Part shown: positions 27,857 through 32,000 of the stretch, in pieces | Numbering within the stretch: the first letter of the stretch is position 1 | Layout: every line of letters begins with the position of its first letter | NCBI GenBank assembly: GCA_964510585.1 | Contig: CAZECW010000113.1 | Coordinates: 1-32,000 of the forward strand | Direction of reading: 5' to 3' | DNA: 32,000 bases | DNA from: an uncultured archaeon | Lineage (GTDB): Archaea > Asgardarchaeota > Jordiarchaeia > Jordiarchaeales > Jordiarchaeaceae | Notes under the pieces: generated by a model | Databases searched by the model: none | Told to the model about the DNA's origin: nothing | Seen by the model: the letters and a program-made list of their open reading frames with translations, nothing else | Program-made: the position numbers and the translations under genes

Positions 27857-29271
27857 TACTTATGGATAGCACACGTTTCAAACTGTCATTAAGAATCGTC
27901 GCTACGGTATCTTTCTTGAGCTCCCTACTGGTGGTTCTGACAAATGTTTGGTCCCATGTCCTCAGAGAAGTTCGCTTCTACGATGGAAGCTCCAACACTT
28001 GGTACACATTCTACAAAATTTTTGAAGTTTGGAGTCCCAACAATTTTGGAATTTTTGTGGGAGACCTCTGGCGACTAATAGACTTCATTTTCACAATTAT
28101 GGTAAGGGAACTCGATAAGGCTGCGGGGCAGATTTTCCTGCCGCCGCTGGCTCAGCTGTCCTCCAACTTTTACGAAAACATTTTGGTACTGGAATTTTTC
28201 GCAGAGCTTTTCACCTCTAAAATTTGGTTTTATCCCTATCCTCTAAGCCTTCTCCTCTCCTCCGTTCAGATGGAATATTTGATTTGGCCAAACCTTTGGA
28301 CCATTGTTTTGGGCGATTTAGCTATAACTACTTTATGGTCATTATACTATTTCCTGTTCCCATTACTTCTTCTTGTAGCCCTTATTACCGGCGTTGTGTT
28401 TATCTGGAAGATAAAGATGAAATATCTGGTTTCTTCATTTATTTGTTTGCAGTCAACTTTAGCACTGGCAGCCCTAACCCAAATGGTGAATATTGGGTTG
28501 GCCAGTAATACCCTATTCTTCAGCTCCACCTCCTTCTTTATCCAGATATTGTATGGGGGAGTTACTGGAGCTGCTATCTCATTTTTAACTTCGCCTCTTT
28601 TCTTTTCGGCGCTTGTATCCTATCTTTATGTGGAGATCGGCTTTCAAGTTATTTACATGGATGAGGTTACTTCCCCGGCCCTTGAGAGAAGAAAAATGAT
28701 TGAAGAGCAGTTAAAAGTTGTGGAAGAAATAGCTTTAGCACCAGAAGAGTTGGCTACAGATGGGGGAAAAGAAGCCTCAAAAATTCCATCCACGCTTAGT
28801 GAAGAAGCTATCAAATTTCTAAGAAGTATTATCGAAATGAAGATTTTTAGAAAGAAAAAGGTAGAAAAAGAAGCAGTGCACGACATAAGGAGGCTCCAAG
28901 CATATGTGGAAAAGATTTACACGGAAATACCTGGGGCAAGAGAAACGTTGACCGCAGTAGCAGCCTCTCCGGGGTTCGGTAAGGTAGCCCGCTCAGCTAT
29001 TGTGGGCACTTTACTCCGCGTTGGAGGAGTGATTCTTTTCTCCTTCATGTGTTTCATGGTGCTCCTAGCCCTAAAACAGTTTGGAGTGCCCTTAAGTATT
29101 ATTGAAAGTATCGAGGTCTCCCAACCCGAGGCAGTCCTAGTTTTACTATTACCGATAGCCTTCTCCTTCCCGATGGCTGCATTCATTATAGGCTTTGTCA
29201 AAGAGTACGGAAAAAAGCAGACGAGGAAGGAGGAGAAATCGAAAGAAAAGAAGGAAAAGAAAAAAGGATAA
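27853..29271 (+). CDS. Hypothetical multi-pass membrane protein with a charged helical cytoplasmic segment
   Basis: About 7-9 hydrophobic segments, a charged helical region at aa ~275-370 and a lysine-rich tail. A GTGA overlap with the DUF58 stop implies translational coupling. Confidence 0.8.
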   Translation: MILMDSTRFKLSLRIVATVSFLSSLLVVLTNVWSHVLREVRFYDGSSNTWYTFYKIFEVWSPNNFGIFVGDLWRLIDFIFTIMVRELDKAAGQIFLPPLAQLSSNFYENILVLEFFAELFTSKIWFYPYPLSLLLSSVQMEYLIWPNLWTIVLGDLAITTLWSLYYFLFPLLLLVALITGVVFIWKIKMKYLVSSFICLQSTLALAALTQMVNIGLASNTLFFSSTSFFIQILYGGVTGAAISFLTSPLFFSALVSYLYVEIGFQVIYMDEVTSPALERRKMIEEQLKVVEEIALAPEELATDGGKEASKIPSTLSEEAIKFLRSIIEMKIFRKKKVEKEAVHDIRRLQAYVEKIYTEIPGARETLTAVAASPGFGKVARSAIVGTLLRVGGVILFSFMCFMVLLALKQFGVPLSIIESIEVSQPEAVLVLLLPIAFSFPMAAFIIGFVKEYGKKQTRKEEKSKEKKEKKKG

Positions 29272-29272
29272 C

Positions 29273-29845
29273 CTAAATATATTGGGACTGACCTGACCTT
29301 ATTTTTTCGTATCTCTCTCTGAGTAGGGAAGATAAGTTCTCGCTTTCCTTTCTTGTTTCCAAGACCTTCTTATTAAATAATTCTGAACTCTTTTTAAGAT
29401 CCTTCTCAGCAATATCTGCCAGGTCAGAGTTGTCGCTAACTTTCAAGTAGTTTTTAATATTTTTTTGAAGCTCACCAAGTAGCTCCCTCTGAGACCTAAC
29501 AATGGAAATAAACTTTGAAGTCATAGTTTGAACACGGTTTTTCACCATTTCTAAACTAATTAAGTCCGTTAATATTCTTTCAAAATTGAACAGGTGTTCG
29601 TCGGTGTCAAATATGCAGTCCAGTGCCTTTTCTCCGTTTTTTAATTTCTCACCATTTGTACTGGATGTTATAATGGAGGACAATGCTTCTGAGAGTCTTG
29701 CGACCTCAGAGTCGTACTTCTGTCGGGTGTCATTAAATTCTAGAATGATTCTGTTCATATCCTTAATTAGGGACTCACTTCTCAAAGGTTTCACCTCACT
29801 CAAAAATTCAAAACTAGAAATCCTCGTTTTAAGCGACACGTCCAC
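29273..29845 (-). CDS. Hypothetical all-helical coiled-coil protein
   Basis: 190-aa ORF rich in L/E/K/S with a heptad pattern; convergent with the MoxR cluster. Confidence 0.75.
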   Translation of the reverse strand: MDVSLKTRISSFEFLSEVKPLRSESLIKDMNRIILEFNDTRQKYDSEVARLSEALSSIITSSTNGEKLKNGEKALDCIFDTDEHLFNFERILTDLISLEMVKNRVQTMTSKFISIVRSQRELLGELQKNIKNYLKVSDNSDLADIAEKDLKKSSELFNKKVLETRKESENLSSLLRERYEKIRSGQSQYI

Positions 29846-30086
29846 CTCAACTCTTATCTGATGAGAAATATATTAATACTCTATAAAAAACTTAGCGGTG
29901 AAATTTGGGCCAAATAGACACTTAGCCCCTACTCCCCAAAGAGGGTGGGAAATAAATATATGCTGATTTAAAAAGTGTTAAGGCACATCGAAAACCTCAA
30001 AAATGAAGCGCTCACCGCTTAAACTATAAAAAAATAGTTATTGTTTCATAGGAATAATTCAGGTTACTTAAAAAAGGGGAATTCAA

Positions 30087-31553
30087 ATGGTTTTGGAAAT
30101 CCAAAAAGCCGCTGAGGAAATAGCACAAAAAATAGGAGAGGAAAAAGTTTCTACAGAGAAATTCCACAGAATAGCCTACAGCAGAGATTGGTCACCCAGA
30201 AATGCAAAAGAAGCCCAACTACCAGATGTAGTCGTAGTACCCTCAACCACAGAGGAAGTAGCAGAAGTAGTAAAAATCGCATACAAGTACAGGATTCCAA
30301 TAGTCCCCTTCGCAGGAGGAACAGGAATGGGGGGAGGTGTTTCACCAATAAAAGGCGGCATAACTGTTGATACCAAAGGCCTCAACAAAATTTTGGAAAT
30401 AGACAAGGAGAACTTAACCGTAACTACACAGGTGGGAATAACAATTCTAGCGCTAAACCAGGAACTTGAAAAACACGGCTTGTGGTGGCCCCATGACCCT
30501 GAAAGCAAACCCGCCTCAACGGTAGGAGCCGCCATATCCTGTGATAACGACAGCACCTTCGGAATAAAATACGGTAAACTTGGAGACTACCTCCTCAACG
30601 CAGTACTCGTAACAGGAACTGGAGAAATCTTAAGATTGGGGCACCGAAAAGCACTATGCACTTCCTCAGGATACAAACTACACTGGCTACTAATCGGGGC
30701 AGAAGGCACACTGGGAATCGTCACAGAAGCTACACTGAAAGTCTTCCCAAAACCCCAAACTAGAAAAGTGGAAGCAGTGGTCTTCAAATCCATATCCGAA
30801 GCAATAAACGGCTTAAAAAGGCTCCTCCAGGCAGGCCTAAGCATAGAAAGCGCACATATAAACTGTAAAAGACGCCTAGGATTCTACACCCACGCCTACC
30901 GAGAAAAATACAAGAGGGAACCAGACATCCCAGAGTGGGCCGAAGCATTGCTATTTGTTTCATTCAACGGAGACGAAGAAGTAGTAAAGTTCTCACACGA
31001 GTACGCCCTAAAAATACTAGAAGAATTCGGGGGACAAAAGGTGAAAGAGAAGGAAATAATCGACGGATGGTGGACAAGTAAACACACGCTCAAATTTGAA
31101 CCCTTCAAACAAAAATGGCCCGACTCCCAGAGAAAGAAAAAGTTTGGAGCCGCAGACCTGGGCATACCCATAGGAAGAATAGAAGAAGCATACCAAAAAT
31201 TCCTAAAAATAGCAGAAAAAAACAAAATGGAAGTCTTGGGAATGTGCGTATACAACGAGAGACCCAACCGCATAAGTCCCAGCATAAGCTTCGCAGTCTT
31301 CGTGGACGACACCGATCCCGACGAAGTGAAGCGCTTCTACAAATACGTTGAAGAAATGAGTAAAATGGCCGTTGACCTAGAAGGAACAATGAGCACCTAC
31401 ATAGGAGACGGAGACCGACTGGGAGGCTTCAACAAATACGAGCACGGCGAAGCACTAAAATACATGAAAAAAATCAAAGAGGTATTCGACCCCCAAAACA
31501 TAATGAACCCCGGTAAAAAATTCGAATCCTGCTGGATAGAACTAGGAAAGTAG
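30087..31553 (+). CDS. FAD-linked oxidoreductase of the GlcD/D-lactate dehydrogenase (PCMH) family with a divergent active site
   Basis: PDVVVVPSTTEEV, PFAGGTGMGGG, HDPES, IGAEGTLGIVTEATL and IMNPGK. Confidence 0.92.
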   Translation: MVLEIQKAAEEIAQKIGEEKVSTEKFHRIAYSRDWSPRNAKEAQLPDVVVVPSTTEEVAEVVKIAYKYRIPIVPFAGGTGMGGGVSPIKGGITVDTKGLNKILEIDKENLTVTTQVGITILALNQELEKHGLWWPHDPESKPASTVGAAISCDNDSTFGIKYGKLGDYLLNAVLVTGTGEILRLGHRKALCTSSGYKLHWLLIGAEGTLGIVTEATLKVFPKPQTRKVEAVVFKSISEAINGLKRLLQAGLSIESAHINCKRRLGFYTHAYREKYKREPDIPEWAEALLFVSFNGDEEVVKFSHEYALKILEEFGGQKVKEKEIIDGWWTSKHTLKFEPFKQKWPDSQRKKKFGAADLGIPIGRIEEAYQKFLKIAEKNKMEVLGMCVYNERPNRISPSISFAVFVDDTDPDEVKRFYKYVEEMSKMAVDLEGTMSTYIGDGDRLGGFNKYEHGEALKYMKKIKEVFDPQNIMNPGKKFESCWIELGK

Positions 31554-31601
31554 CATAATGCGAGGAGGAATTAATCAAAATTAAAAGATGGTGGATTGAC
31601 G

Positions 31602-32000
31602 ATGCGTATAGAAGAGTATGAGGAGGATATATATACCTGTAATCGCACCCGCTGCGGATTTTGTAGAAACGAGTGCCCCGTATATCAGGAGAAGGGGTTC
31701 GAATCCTACTCTTGCCGTGGAAAAATGCTCATAGCCAGAGGACTGCTTGAAGGCGTCTTGGAACCCAGTAGGGAGCTTCTAGACTGCGTAAACCTGTGTG
31801 CAACCTGTAACTATTGTGGCTCACGCTGCGCATTAAGGAATGTGGAAATCATTGAGGCTCTCAGAGCGGATCTGGTGGAAGCAGGCTTCAGAGACCAGTA
31901 TCATGAGAGGGGAATAGAGGAGATTAAGAGGAACGGCAACCCTTACCTTAAACCTAGAAATGAGAGGGAAACTTGGGCTAAGGATATCCCATTCTCAAAA
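31602..32000 (+). CDS. GlcF/HdrD-like (Fe-S)-binding protein, 5' part only (runs off the window; missing from the ORF track)
   Basis: Manual translation gives MRIEEYEEDIYTCNRTRCGFCRNECPVY...RGKMLIARGLLEG...CATCNYCGSRC..., with two 4Fe-4S Cys clusters and no stop before 32000. Confidence 0.9.
   Translation, partial: MRIEEYEEDIYTCNRTRCGFCRNECPVYQEKGFESYSCRGKMLIARGLLEGVLEPSRELLDCVNLCATCNYCGSRCALRNVEIIEALRADLVEAGFRDQYHERGIEEIKRNGNPYLKPRNERETWAKDIPFSK

Noticed and set aside
29922-29950. C-rich/G-rich segment resembling an IS605-type end hairpin
   Set aside because: Pairing is poor, and there is no guide or target tetranucleotide and no partner end.

Overview
This is a gene-dense archaeal chromosomal window, most likely from an Asgard archaeon. 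That assignment is an inference from the archaeal TFB, TPI and ArgRS, the BHB-type tRNA introns, and the longin- and roadblock/profilin-like proteins. From left to right it contains: the left end of an IS200/IS605-family element running off the window; a histone-deacetylase-family gene; a roadblock/profilin-like gene; argS bracketed by two intron-containing tRNA-Arg genes that the ORF track does not show (GCG with three non-canonical introns, CCG with two introns); an RHH/wHTH regulator; an M24 peptidase homolog lacking key metal ligands; DUF89; tpiA; an HMG-CoA-synthase-like/DUF35/thiolase trio whose synthase subunit lacks its catalytic residues; a second roadblock-like gene; tfb; an AbrB-ACT protein; SCP2; a MaoC pair; a double-zinc-ribbon/longin fusion; RsmB/NSUN; a second HDAC; a five-gene transglutaminase/DUF4350/MoxR/DUF58/membrane-protein cluster; a coiled-coil protein; and a GlcD-like plus GlcF-like pair truncated by the window end. 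The window also shows kb-scale A/C-rich versus G/T-rich strand-skew domains that ignore gene orientation and switch inside genes. All domain calls come from motif recognition by eye; no database searches were run.
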